A stretch of 64,000 nt of DNA, from positions 62,001-126,000 of the forward strand of contig AP026162.1 in assembly GCA_030295235.1 (NCBI GenBank), written 5' to 3'. The notes beneath the pieces were generated by a model that was given only the letters and a program-made list of their open reading frames with translations, had not been told where the DNA came from and made no database searches. The position numbers and the translations under genes were made by a program. How positions within the stretch are numbered: the stretch's first letter is position 1; each line of letters opens with the position of its first letter. The DNA is from Fistulifera solaris. Its lineage: Eukaryota. This document shows, piece after piece, positions 11,676 through 23,039 of the stretch.

Positions 11676-13030
11676 CACGTAGGCTTCCGTAGGGAAATTT
11701 ATCGACAGAGGGGATACCCGGATATTGCGCAATTTCGATCACACCATTTTTCGCATCTTTTCGACACCAATGTCAACAATACTTTGCCCAACATCGCCTA
11801 TGCATGACATGAAACAATAATCGACCTTATTTTAAAAGTAAAAAGATACAACGCTTCCAATGTCTACACGCAGAGTACGTAGCCGCCGTAGGAAATTTAT
11901 CTCTGTGGGGGTACCCGGATAATTCGTTTTTCGCCGTCACCAATTCTTGAATCTACAGTGCCTAAATGTCGACGTTTGCTTGCGCACCGTATTCGCATTG
12001 TAACAAGAAGCAAAAATCGCCATTGATTTGAAAACAAAACGTTGATGGAACGAATGATGCAACGCTTCGAATGTCTACGTAATTTCACGTAGCTCTGGTA
12101 AGGAAATTTATCGACAGAGGGGATACCCGGATATTGCGAAATTTCGATCACACCATTTTTCGCATCTTTTCGACACCAATGTCAACAATACTTTGCCCAA
12201 CATCGCCTTTGCATGACATGAAACAATAATCGATTTTATTTTGACAGTGAAACAGGAAAAAGTAAAAAGATACAACGCTTCCAATGCCTACACGCAGAGT
12301 TCGTAGCCGTCGTGGGAAATATATCTCTGTTGGGGTACCCGGATATTTCGTTTTTCGCCGTCATCCAATCCTTGACTCTACAGTGCCTAAATGTCGACGT
12401 TTGCTTGCGCACCGTATTCGCATTGTAACAAGAAGCAAAAATCGCCATTGATTTGAAAACAAAACGTTGATGGAACGAATGATGCAACGCTTCGAATGTC
12501 TACGTAATTTCACGTAGCTCTGGTAAGGAAATTTATCGACAGAGGGGATACCCGGATATTGCGCAATTTCGATCACACCATTTTTCGCATCTTTCGACAC
12601 CAATGTCAACAATACTTTGCCCAACATCGCTAATACATTGCATAGAACAATTATCGAACTTGATTCGACACTAAAACATGAAACAGTACAAAGACACAAC
12701 GCTTCCAGTGTCTACGCGCAGAGTACGTAGCATCCGTAGGAAATTTATCTCTGTGGGGGTACCCGGATAATTCGTTTTTTCTTCATCATTTAAATTCATG
12801 GCTTTCCAGTGCAGAAAAGTCAGCATATTCTTACAAACCGCATAAGCATTGTAACAAGAAGCAAAAATCGCTATTGATTTGAAAACAAAACGTTGATGGA
12901 ACGAATGATGCAACGCTTCGAATGTCTACGTAATTTCACGTAGCTCTGGTAAGGAAATTTATCGACAGAGGGGATACCCGGATATTGCGCAATTTCGATC
13001 ACACCTTTTTTCGCATCTTTTCGACGCCAT
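11676..13030. repeat. Tandem array (repeat R1), ~3.3 copies of a ~410-427-bp dimer of two related ~210-bp monomers
   Basis: Recurring core ACGTAG...GGAAATTTATC(GACAGAG/TCTGTG)GGG.TACCCGGATA at ~11690, 11890, 12100, 12315, 12525, 12740, 12950. Confidence 0.9.
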
Positions 13031-13227
13031 TAACATGATGAATTTATGCGTTTGTCGGAGATGATTCCCATGAAGATGCGGGAAATAAGCCCTTTCTGTT
13101 GTTATCTCCTTTAAGTGCATCCTTTCTTACACTAGAGAAAAGGTCAACCGACTATATTCGATAATGTAGAAAGAATGTTTAAGCCTTCTCTTATCTAGCG
13201 CGCAAGCCGAAATCTACTTAGACACTA

Positions 13228-13960
13228 ACTTTCATCAAAATTTGATGAAAGTGTACAACTTTCATCAAGCAACGGAAACTTTCATCAAAACTTGATGAAA
13301 GTGTACAACTTTCATCAAAATATGATGAAAGTGTACAACTTTCATCACGAATGACTATTGCTCAGTCACGAAAGAAAATTCATTGCAAAAATCATTAGAG
13401 TTAAAATCGTTCGTCGCTAATCATCGATGCATGCTGCGTTTTGACGCGGCGTCAACCCTTCTTGCTCGTTCTTTTGATCTCACCCATCTATCCCACTTGA
13501 TTTTGTCGTCTTCATGATGAATGTGCTTCCGAAACGCTATCAGAAGCTTCTGTCAATTGCAAGTTTCGAGTAAGGTGGGCGTATACAATCAGCGACGCTC
13601 CGTAGCACGCCTTGAACCGTCGAATTGTCAATTGTCCGCGAAACTGGCGCAAAAAGGCCTGCCCTCAAGATTTCTTCGGGGTAAGAACCAACATAGTAAC
13701 GTTTACTGAGTGAAGTGAGTATGTTTGTTGTTGATGTTGATGGGGAAAGAATGTTTTGTAAAATCGAAAGGTGCGAGTGTTTTTGGCAACTCGCCAATCC
13801 TTAATGCACTCGGTGACTGGACAACGTTTAAGTGAAGAACAACTTTCATCAAATTTTGATGAAAGTGTACAACTTTCATCATATTCTGATGAAAGTGTAG
13901 GACTTTCATCAAGCAACGGAAACTTTCATCAATATTTGATGAAAGTTGTACACTTTCATC
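13228..13960. repeat. Two blocks of ~30-bp palindromic units (ACTTTCATCA-n5-TGATGAAAGT-GTACA) flanking ~490 bp of unique DNA
   Basis: Blocks 13228-13348 and 13840-13960; both contain the variant unit ACTTTCATCAAGCAACGGA. Confidence 0.85.
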
Positions 13961-14300
13961 ATATATCTAAGTCGCGCACGCCAACATTATTAATTAGGGC
14001 AACAGATTTAAGCCTGAATATATTTAGCCTAAACAATAATCGCGGATAAATGTGGCACTCATTTGTACTGTTTTCTATAAAGTCTTGTGACGTGGTGTGA
14101 CATTTCCCGCATCTTCCATCAAAGAACGGTAAATACTCCTTAACTACGACCAATTCGCTTATTTGCAAGGACTTTGCTTTCTAGTTGTTGTTTCGCCAAA
14201 TAGTACGTGTCAGTGCTATTAGAGAATTCTTTGCTTCAAGTCAATCGGCGTAGCAAAGTACGGCACGGCATCATAATGTCTAACACTTTTCCCAGCCATT

Positions 14301-15635
14301 CTATTCTTCCCATTGAATTGATTTGAAATACTGCACATGTTCGTTACGAATGTTGTAACACGGATGTGTAGCTGCAACAGCCGCATGCCTTGAAAATACG
14401 ACAGATTCATCCTCTGTGTCGCTAGCAATACCGCGATACTGCTGTGCAATCGACAATCCGGATAGATTGTAACACGAATGATAGAAATCTCGGTTCTTGG
14501 ATGGCTTGTCGCGTAAACCTCCGTGAATGTCTTGTGCGCATAGTAGAATGTATCTTTCCAACATGGCCGTATCAAATAGCGCCGTTAGAGTTTTCGTACC
14601 ACTAGAACCATCATTCGACAACAAGAGGTCACTGACTACCGCTAAAGCCCCACCTTGCCAGAAACTATAGCATCCGTCGACCAGTTTGTTGGATCGACCG
14701 CTGAACCCACCTTCCAACGCCAATTGCCTCCGCGATACATAATCACAAAGTGCAGGTAAATCAATCAAATGTGTGCTCTCCATTAATTGCAATGCCGCAA
14801 TGGCACAATATGTGTATCCACCATGTGCTTCAGCACCGGGTTCCCCACCAAAACCTCCTTCCCACGTTTGACACGCACTGACATAGTTTGCCCATGAAAC
14901 GGGCAACGGTAATTGCAACAACGAGAGGACGGCGATACAACAATATGTTGCTCGGACATCAATTTCTCCATCGTGATGCATTCGCACACGACCTTGTTCA
15001 TCGGCCAAAGTCAGCATCCATTGATAAAGAGGCTTTCGCACCTGCTGTAGGAGATGTAGGGCTGAGTGTGATGACGACGGCTGTAGTTTATCGTTCTTCA
15101 AAGAATCTTTTGCATGTCGTTCATGACTGGCAAGAATGGCTAACGCCATGACTGCCGCATAGGTTGTTGCCGCATGTGGCAACTGCCCCGGTCCTCCACC
15201 AAAGCCTCCATCGCGTGGATGAAAAAAGAGTTGCAGTGTTTGTACCATAGCTTGACGTTCGTCCGCCGTAGTTTTGTAATCGAGTAAATCACACGCATGT
15301 AACGTCCAGTAAATCATCCAGGATCGACTGGAATCGAGTGTTACAAACGATGGACGCAACTGGGATCGTAAGGTCGGTTGAAAGACGGGTGACAAGTATT
15401 GTATGTGTCGTTCGACCAGTAAACAAATATCCAAGTCCTCCTTGTCGGCTGGTACTTCCTTACTCATAAGCAATCCCGATTGTCGTAAATGATCCAATTG
15501 ACTGGGCGGCAATGTTGCCAAGTTGACAAAAAAGGGTTGACATTCCATTTCGGTCCGTTGTTGTTGTCGAGTCGATTCGGTGCGTTTCAAAAACGGCATG
15601 ACCGTCTGCTGATCGATTTTTCGCACAATCGTCAT
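14301..15635 (-). CDS. FNTB: Protein farnesyltransferase beta subunit
   Basis: LDSSRSWMIYW, GGFGGGPGQLPHAATTYAAV, GEIDVRATY, EAHGGYTYC, GRSNKLVDGCYSFWQG, DKPSKNRDFYHSCYNLSGLS. Confidence 0.95.
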   Translation of the reverse strand: MTIVRKIDQQTVMPFLKRTESTRQQQRTEMECQPFFVNLATLPPSQLDHLRQSGLLMSKEVPADKEDLDICLLVERHIQYLSPVFQPTLRSQLRPSFVTLDSSRSWMIYWTLHACDLLDYKTTADERQAMVQTLQLFFHPRDGGFGGGPGQLPHAATTYAAVMALAILASHERHAKDSLKNDKLQPSSSHSALHLLQQVRKPLYQWMLTLADEQGRVRMHHDGEIDVRATYCCIAVLSLLQLPLPVSWANYVSACQTWEGGFGGEPGAEAHGGYTYCAIAALQLMESTHLIDLPALCDYVSRRQLALEGGFSGRSNKLVDGCYSFWQGGALAVVSDLLLSNDGSSGTKTLTALFDTAMLERYILLCAQDIHGGLRDKPSKNRDFYHSCYNLSGLSIAQQYRGIASDTEDESVVFSRHAAVAATHPCYNIRNEHVQYFKSIQWEE

Positions 15636-15818
15636 GGTTTGGCTTTAAGAAGTTGATTGTTGTAGATATAACTTGTAACTGACTTGTTACACCTAGGTAA
15701 AAGGACGCCTTTAAGCCGGGGATGCGTTACCTGGTAATGGCTTCAGTGCGGCCCTTTGTTTTGCGGTTGAAAAATAAGGTGGGGTGAAAAATAATGGACA
15801 CGTTAGATCACTACACAG

Positions 15819-15945
15819 CCATATTTTCTGAGTATTTGTAAACATCACCCGCCCACATTTTCTGGACACGTGCAAACACCTCTACCCATATTTTCTGGGT
15901 AGGTGTAACAGCACACCCCCACATTTTCTGGAGACGTGCAAATAC
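15819..15945. repeat. Four degenerate ~33-bp direct repeats (CCAYATTTTCTG core) in the divergent FNTB/LYRM4 intergenic region
   Basis: CCATATTTTCTG and CCACATTTTCTGG alternate at ~15819, 15853, 15887, 15919. Confidence 0.7.
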
Positions 15946-16164
15946 TTGGCAAATACCACTTCCCAGCCAATTACGTGCCACGTCATCGTCCGTCTTCGTT
16001 CAATAATTTTTTTGAGTGTTCGGTGTTTGTTTCTCATCACGTTTTGCGCTCATTGTTGCGACCTTTGTGCATCGGTGCTTTTCTTATTCATCTTCTTCAT
16101 CATTGTCTTACAAATTACTGGTCTTCACAACACCATCACGAAAGGCTTGACCGAATACATCATA

Positions 16165-16528
16165 ATGTCATCACTGCAATTGTATCGTTCGATGATGCGA
16201 CAAGCCAAACACATTCACGATTACAATTTTCGAGAGTATGCGTTGCGTCGTGTCAAGGCGGGGTTTCGTCAACATCAATCTGCGAACGGGTGCGTATTAA
16301 AAGATTTGTTTGTTTTTCATTTTTGAGCTTGCCTTTTATTCTACGATTCAGTCATTGACAGGTCTAACTTTGCCTTCATCGTTTTTTTTTTTGAATCACA
16401 GACCCGAATTGCAAACGGCTCTTCAATTTGGCCAAGAACAATTGCAAGTCATGCAACGGTTTGCCCAGATGTCTCAATCCTATCCGAGTGCTCGATCTGT
16501 TATGGAATCTGCGCCGTTTATGGGTTAG
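16165..16528 (+). CDS. LYRM4: LYR-motif protein 4 (ISD11); intron 16290-16401
   Basis: LQLYRSMMR, DYNFREYALRRVKAGFR, C-terminal YPSARSVME. Confidence 0.9.
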
Positions 16529-16715
16529 TCGCTTCTTACAGGATTTAATTGTACGAATTGCTGCGTTTCATTATGTTAGATGCACGAAACGAAATCGACA
16601 CATGTTACATGTTACGGAATAAGAGATAACAAGAAGAAACTAATAAGTAATTATCAACGACAACATCAACCACCATCTACACAACACACGACCTCTGCCT
16701 TCTCCCGTAGACCTC

Positions 16716-17272
16716 CTAACGAAACAAATCTTTCATACGCATCGCATCCTTTTCGTACCGCTGTTGCGCTCGCTTCTCACGTTCCGCACGCAATCCTTCC
16801 TTCCCACCGAATCGTTTGTGTGCTCGTTGTCGTATTTCACTCCGAGCATACAGCTTCACCTTGGCCCAGCGGGGATTGCGCGGATTCGGACGTTCCTCTA
16901 CCACCTGGCAAACCGATAAAGTGCCCGCGGGTAAACAGTACTGCTGCGTAGCCTCGGTTTGAGTCACAAACGGTGATGCGCCCACTTCAAAATCTTCCAA
17001 TTCATCCTCGTTGTTTGTATTTGCTGTAGTTAAATGTTCCGTTTTCGCTTTCTTGTGATTGGTGCTGTTGTTGTCATTGTCTTTACTAGTCTCTGTATCT
17101 TTCTCTTTTCTAAATTTTCTTCTGTACTTTCTTCGTCTTTTAATTCTTCTGCTCTATCTTTTTCTCTCACCTCTATTCCTTGGCCCTCTCCCTCCTTTCC
17201 TTCTTTTTCTCGAATCTTTCCTTCTCCCTCGTTCCCATCTTCCACCTCTTTTCGTTTTCGTACACTATTCAT
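16716..17272 (-). CDS. XPA C-terminal-like domain protein with charged N-terminus; apparent frameshift near 17106-17109
   Basis: VTQTEATQQYCL...RPNPRNPRWAKVKLY...HKRFGG resembles the XPA C-terminal domain; no N-terminal zinc finger seen. Confidence 0.65.
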
Positions 17273-17664
17273 GTTTATTTCCGACTCTTTTTTCTTTCTA
17301 GTGACGAGCTGGAGATCCCGACAAAAGTCTACGTTCGTCAGGACCGGCCATAAACCAAAAGGCACCACGCAATACAACAAAATACACGGTCAATTGTCCC
17401 CAAAACCACAATTGAGGATTGTTCCACCCTTTTTTATTGCCGTTGCCGTTTCCGTCAGATCCGCCTGGTTGCAATGTAAACATGAAAAGAAACTTGATGA
17501 AATGGAAATAAATACTTCGATTGAATCAAATAATAGAGAATAGTTGCTGCAAAGTTTTGTGAGTGAGTCGTCAAGAGGGCGCAGGATCAGGATTCAGGAT
17601 GGGCCGCTGATAACACGCGCGTCTGTCCATCGCACGAGCGAATGCAACCGCGGCTATCTTCCTT

Positions 17665-18120
17665 GGACGTCTCTCCCACGTTAGCAAAAAAATATTTTTC
17701 GTCTCGATACCGAGCAAGTTTTTTACACTTGACTCAAGTTCGGCATAATAATCACCCTTAGATCATTACAAATGAGAACATTTGATCTAGCTCTGACTTA
17801 ATGACAATCAGATGGATCATTTGGAACAATTTAGACCTGCATATCTTCCTATGGCATCTATTTTTATCGATTTTAAGAAGCTAGGGTGTCAACTGAATTT
17901 GATGCTCACTTGTGATGGACGTAAGCTAATCAAAATCTAGATTTTCATCACACCAACGATAACTTTGATCAAAATCATGTGTTTAAAATGATATTTGTTA
18001 ATAGAGAATTAATGAACTTTAATATTCATGATTTCATGGCTGATGACAAGTCACCTTAGCAAAAAAGTTGCTAAGTATCGAGACAAAAAAAATATTCTTG
18101 CTAACTTGGGAGAGATGTCC
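17665..18120. mobile_element. Non-autonomous Mutator-like MITE, 456 bp
   Basis: ~60-bp imperfect TIRs (GGACRTCTCTCCCA.GTTAGCAA...) and 9-bp TSD ATCTTCCTT at 17656-17664 and 18121-18129. Confidence 0.88.
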
Positions 18121-18489
18121 ATCTTCCTTTTCAATGCGGACGTTCTAATCGTACCAGAGTTTGAGTAATCGGCCACCTTCTTTTAATAGCTGAGTAAGCA
18201 GATTTGAAAGTTATTTGAGCCCACCGACGCTGCGTTGGTGATAATTGTTGGTTAAAATGCATCACCTTTTCCCTCTAGTTTTTACTATAGAACAAAATGT
18301 TGATTCTACAGACCCCGACTCAACAAAAGCAGTCCCGCGAGTGTTGAAAGGTACTGTCTGTCCTTCGAGCGCACAACTTTGCGCGGCCGCTATCGTGACG
18401 TTGTTGCACGCAACCAGCAGTAATAAACCAAAAAGGATTGATTATTCCTTACTTTCCTTTCTAATTCCCCTTTGTTCGTGCCTTTGACA

Positions 18490-19292
18490 ATGAGTGTCTC
18501 CAAATCAATTCAAGAAGTGCTAGGAAGAGCCCTCCGCGAAACCGGAGCTCATTTGAAGCGTCAGGGAAATGTCGAAGTACGTTTGTTGACGATTGCGTTG
18601 GCTTTTCTTCTCTTTCTGTTAATGTTGCTTACCAATTCAAACCGTTCTATTGATTTTCTTCTACTCCTTGTGATAATTTCTTGTAGATTTTTTCACGCCA
18701 TCGTCCGAAAATGACATTTCGCGGTCAAAAGCCCTTTCAAACAAACGATACCTTCATCGCGCCGAGCGCTTCAGTGATCGGTAACGTCACGAATTGGGAT
18801 CAATCTACTGTCTGGTATAAAGCAGTCGTTCGGGCAGATACACATCCCATCACAATTGGCTTTTCGAGCAGTGTAGGAGAAGGAACGGTTGTTACCACGT
18901 TGAATGTCGAAGAGTTGGAGGAAACCGGTTTTCCTCCCGAGACGCACATTGGCCATTATGTCACCATCGGAGCCGGTTGTATTTTAAAATCCTGTCGCAT
19001 AGATGACATGGTCAGTGTAGGAGACAAGTGTGTCATTTTAGAGGGAAGTCTCGTCGAAAACAATGTCATTCTCGAACCAGGAACGGTCGTTATGCCCTAC
19101 CAGCGCATTCCGTCGGGTCAAAAATGGGGAGGCAATCCTGCGGCCTATATTAGTGACTTGACGCCGGAAGAAAAGGAACACATTCCCGCAGAAGCCTTGC
19201 ATGTGCATGAACAAGCAAAAGAACATTTGGTGGAATTCTTGCCGTACGGATACAGTTACGTTCATTTGGAAGACGTTGAAAAGAGCAGTTGA
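18490..19292 (+). CDS. Mitochondrial gamma carbonic anhydrase-like protein (complex I CA-domain type); intron 18577-18686
   Basis: LGRALRETG, FSRHRP, FIAPSASVIGNV, hexapeptide repeats, IPSGQKWGGNPA. Confidence 0.88.
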
Positions 19293-19441
19293 GCAAAGAA
19301 GGTTAACTTAGGAAAGGAAATAAACCACAACACACGATAAAACTGCACGATACAGCGGTCTAATCATCCATTTATCAGTACAAGAGTTCTAATTTAATGC
19401 ATTGCTTGTAATAAAACTTTACTGTGATACCGAGTCGAAAG

Positions 19442-21236
19442 CTACCAAAATGAGTTTTTGCCTTTATCGATGGGCGGACTATCAATACAAGGTTTCCGAC
19501 TTGGTTTGTCACGGTAGTGACATTGGACCTCGGGCTCCCGAATGCAACAGTCCTGCATTGGTGGAACGCCTTCCACACCCACGCATTCGGCCTTGACGTA
19601 CCAGTCTCCCATTTGTTGCAAGAATTTTTGTTTATTGTCCTTGTTGTGAGTCCAGCTCATATGGAAGATATAAGGCTTTTCGGTCGTAAGAGTATTGGAC
19701 GCAAATTGTTTCATGTATTCTTTACGATTGTGATAATGGAAACCACCCGGAAACAGTTGCCCTTGAGGATCGTCGCGGCCCAATACCTTGACTTTGAGGC
19801 CCCGATCGCTGGCAAAATCCGCCAATAATGTCGTCAATGCCGATTGATGACTACCACTTTGTTGAATCACATCACCCATGCGCAAAAAGACAGAAAACAA
19901 GTACTCGGTTCGAGCATTGTGTCGAACGAAATAGAAGCCAGTGTTGGGAGAATAAGGAGCGTATCGACTACTGCGCGCCCCGTCATCTTGAAAATACAAA
20001 TCAAAATCTCCAATGGTCGGAATATTGTCCGCATGAAAGTATTCAAGAGGATTCTTGTACCAAACAATATCTACATCTTGAAACAACAAATCGTATCCCA
20101 ACATGTTGATCAATTGCACACAATACACTTTGGCCATCATCATGCCTGTCGGGAAAAAGGGACAAAACGACAAAACGAATGTTGAGTACAAAGAAGAGCT
20201 CGCAACACGCACACGATAGCTCGTTTTCAAACACACCGGCAAATACTTTATCACCATAAGCCCGCGCTGCTTTCTTGGGCATTTCACCAAAATCATCACC
20301 GACCGCAAAGGCGGTGACGCCCCACGTTTCAGCCAGTGCCATCATTTCATCATCGGTCGCAAACAACAGTACGCGCGACAAATCCAAATTCCGTGCCTTC
20401 GCACTACACACAAAATTGAGAAACAATTCCGATTGTCCGAAATTGCACACCATGACGACAATGGTATTCCCCGACCCCGCCGCCTGCTGCGCCAATGGCT
20501 TTAATCGTTCCAGTATACTCGGCAAACGCTCCAAATAATCCTTCAAAATCGGCCCATAATCATCCAATAAAGTTTGTGCGGCCGGCAAACCGGGAGAACG
20601 TCCGTTGGGTTGTTGATATTTCGAAACATACTGCATGGGGAACTTTCGATGCACTGCATTGTTGGAGTCTTTCGCAGGAGGCAAGCGTGTAAAATGATGA
20701 ACGTGAAAGCTTTCCCACTGCCCAACAATACTGACACATTGTCCTTTCCGTTCGGGTTTGATTAAAACAACTTGCATTTCGAGACAGTTCTGTGTGGCGG
20801 ATTGTGAATCGGAAAACATGGGCAATTTTCGGGGATCCGTCGTGGCTGTAGCCGGCAATGTATCTGGATGTGTAAACAACAGCATGACCTGATCATTTCC
20901 TGCTTTATTGGGAATATCCCAAGGTACACCAATGTCATATTGTTGAATAAAACTCGATCGATCGACCAAAGCAGCACCGGCTACTAATTGTCCGATCGAT
21001 TGTCTCGGAAAGACGTCCATTCCGGAAGTAAAGGAAACTCCAGTGACACTGCTGGTAAAACCATCACGAGATTGCTGCATGGATCCACCAAAGAAGACTC
21101 CGACTTGAAAAGCAAAGACGGCGACCAGAAAATGCGATAGTAAAGTGATCGGCGATATCAAACAGGAGCTAAGGAAGCGTTTGTTGTTCGCGTTGTTGTT
21201 GCGGGAATTCGAGGATACATTCGTTATCGTCACCAT
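19442..21236 (-). CDS. Nucleotide-diphospho-sugar transferase family (GT77-like) glycosyltransferase, paralog of 1953..3713; intron 20146-20236
   Basis: MMMAKVYCVQ, GYDLLFQDVDIVW, PNTGFYFVR, FHMSW, same CHYRDKPS...SFW C-terminus. Confidence 0.8.
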
Positions 21237-21613
21237 GGTTCATTAGAGTTTAGTCTGTGCTTATTAGATGATGAAAGGATGGTAGAATAGTGCCAGCAGG
21301 AAGAAACTTTGTTGTTAGTTTATTGCATTCATTCGCAACAAACAGAAAAATGCAAATGGATCGCGAGCGGGTCATTTTTCGCACTAATGTCGCTGCAGGT
21401 CGCAGCGGTATCTCAAACATAAGTCGAGTGTTACCTGTAAGACATAGTATTTTTATAATATAAGCAAAGATGTACATGAATGCCGATACGACAAGATAAT
21501 ATAAAATAGTTCAAACCACGGCATTTTTTTTATTCGACAACGAATGAATGTGAGCGTTGTTGTTATTCTGACAAAGTAGTGCCAATTACAAACGATAAGA
21601 AGTGATACATACG

Positions 21614-22917
21614 ATGATTCTTTGGAAACAAAAGCAAGTTATTCTTTGGTTTTCAGCCTTCTTTGTTCCTTTTTGACTCTGTTTAATTTTCGCTTGTCGC
21701 AAACCTACGTGAGTCTTACTTACAACAACAATGCAGCAAATGCAACAAACGATACCTTCTCAGCGAAAGTGAAAGCGCCTTTATATACACAACAAGAATC
21801 ATTTGCCGCATGTATCTTAGTATTGGATCAGAATCATCGACTGACAGAATGGATTGCTTATCATTACTTTGCGTTACCTTTACGCACACTCATTATTGCC
21901 TACGACCCAAAAAGTACACTACGAGCTCGAGAACTCGTACAACGATGGAAATCAGTTATCAATATTATTGAATGGGAAGATGATGACTATTTACCGCCGA
22001 ATTGGGCGGCAAATATGGCTCGTGTCAAAGGGAGTGTTGGAGTCCATCGACGTCGACAACCGCGCTTCATGAAAGAATGCACCAAAGTAGCTGCCTCCCA
22101 CAAAATAAAACGTGTCTTGCATGCCGATGTTGATGAATATTTGCGCATCAATCGCAACGTTGTGTCAACCGATTTTGTGAATGCGTCAGAACCAGGGCAT
22201 ATCACCAAATTTCTCAATCACCTCGAACACAAAAACAATACACTCTTTCCGGAATCATCCAACGGATACGGGAGAGCGTGTACCTGTTTCTCTCGCTATC
22301 ATTACGTACAAGTACTGAATGATCCGTCCAATGGGACGACGCACGAGTACAATAGTCCGGTATCTTCCTTTGTTGGAAAGGAACAAGAGGTTTATTTTGA
22401 CACATTACGGTATCCTTACCGCGCCGGATTCATTACGGGTCTGCCCAAGGGCATCATCAATTTAAAATACATTTCAAATCCGGAACTATCGAGAGCCAAG
22501 AACGATGTCCATTTGCCTTTGGGAAAGCAGTATTGCGAACGTCCCGATCTCAACACAACACTTTTCATATTCAATCACTACATTGGCAGTTACGAATCGT
22601 TCTTGTACAGTGTTCACAGCGATCCCCGCTACAATATGACACGAGACAAATGGGAAGAACGCGTATACGGAGGTGGGGGCATGCTCACGGGGCAAGATGC
22701 TTGGAAGGCTCTGCCGCCCGTGTTGGATGATACTATTGTCGAATGGTTGCCGGCGTTTTATCAATGGCAGTCGGATGAAGTGGCGAGTTGGCTACTACGA
22801 GACACTGGATTGCGGGCTGTGCTACCTGAGTTAATGGCACAGTATCCCGAAATTTCGAATTCGTATTATGATCGGGATGCAGAGAGGATACTGATTAACG
22901 CGTTGTCACATCGATGA
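21614..22917 (+). CDS. GT-A fold (GT92/GT2-like) putative glycosyltransferase; apparent frameshift at the T run 21670-21674
   Basis: FAACILVLDQNHRLTEWIAYHY, HADVDEY (DxD), NHYIGS. Confidence 0.62.
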
Positions 22918-23039
22918 ACGAAAATAAAGTACGAACTTATTGTTTAATTCGTTCTTGCACCTCAAAAATTCACAAAGCAATCAACATAAAATATAATAAG
23001 CTGTATCTTTAAAGCTTTTAAGAACCATGTAAAAGCGTA

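Noticed and set aside
11897..12913. Repeated ORFs in the R1 array (and likewise those in R2)
   Set aside because: Frames differ between copies and show no protein-like conservation.
13228..13960. CRISPR array
   Set aside because: Units are separated by only ~5 bp, with no spacers.
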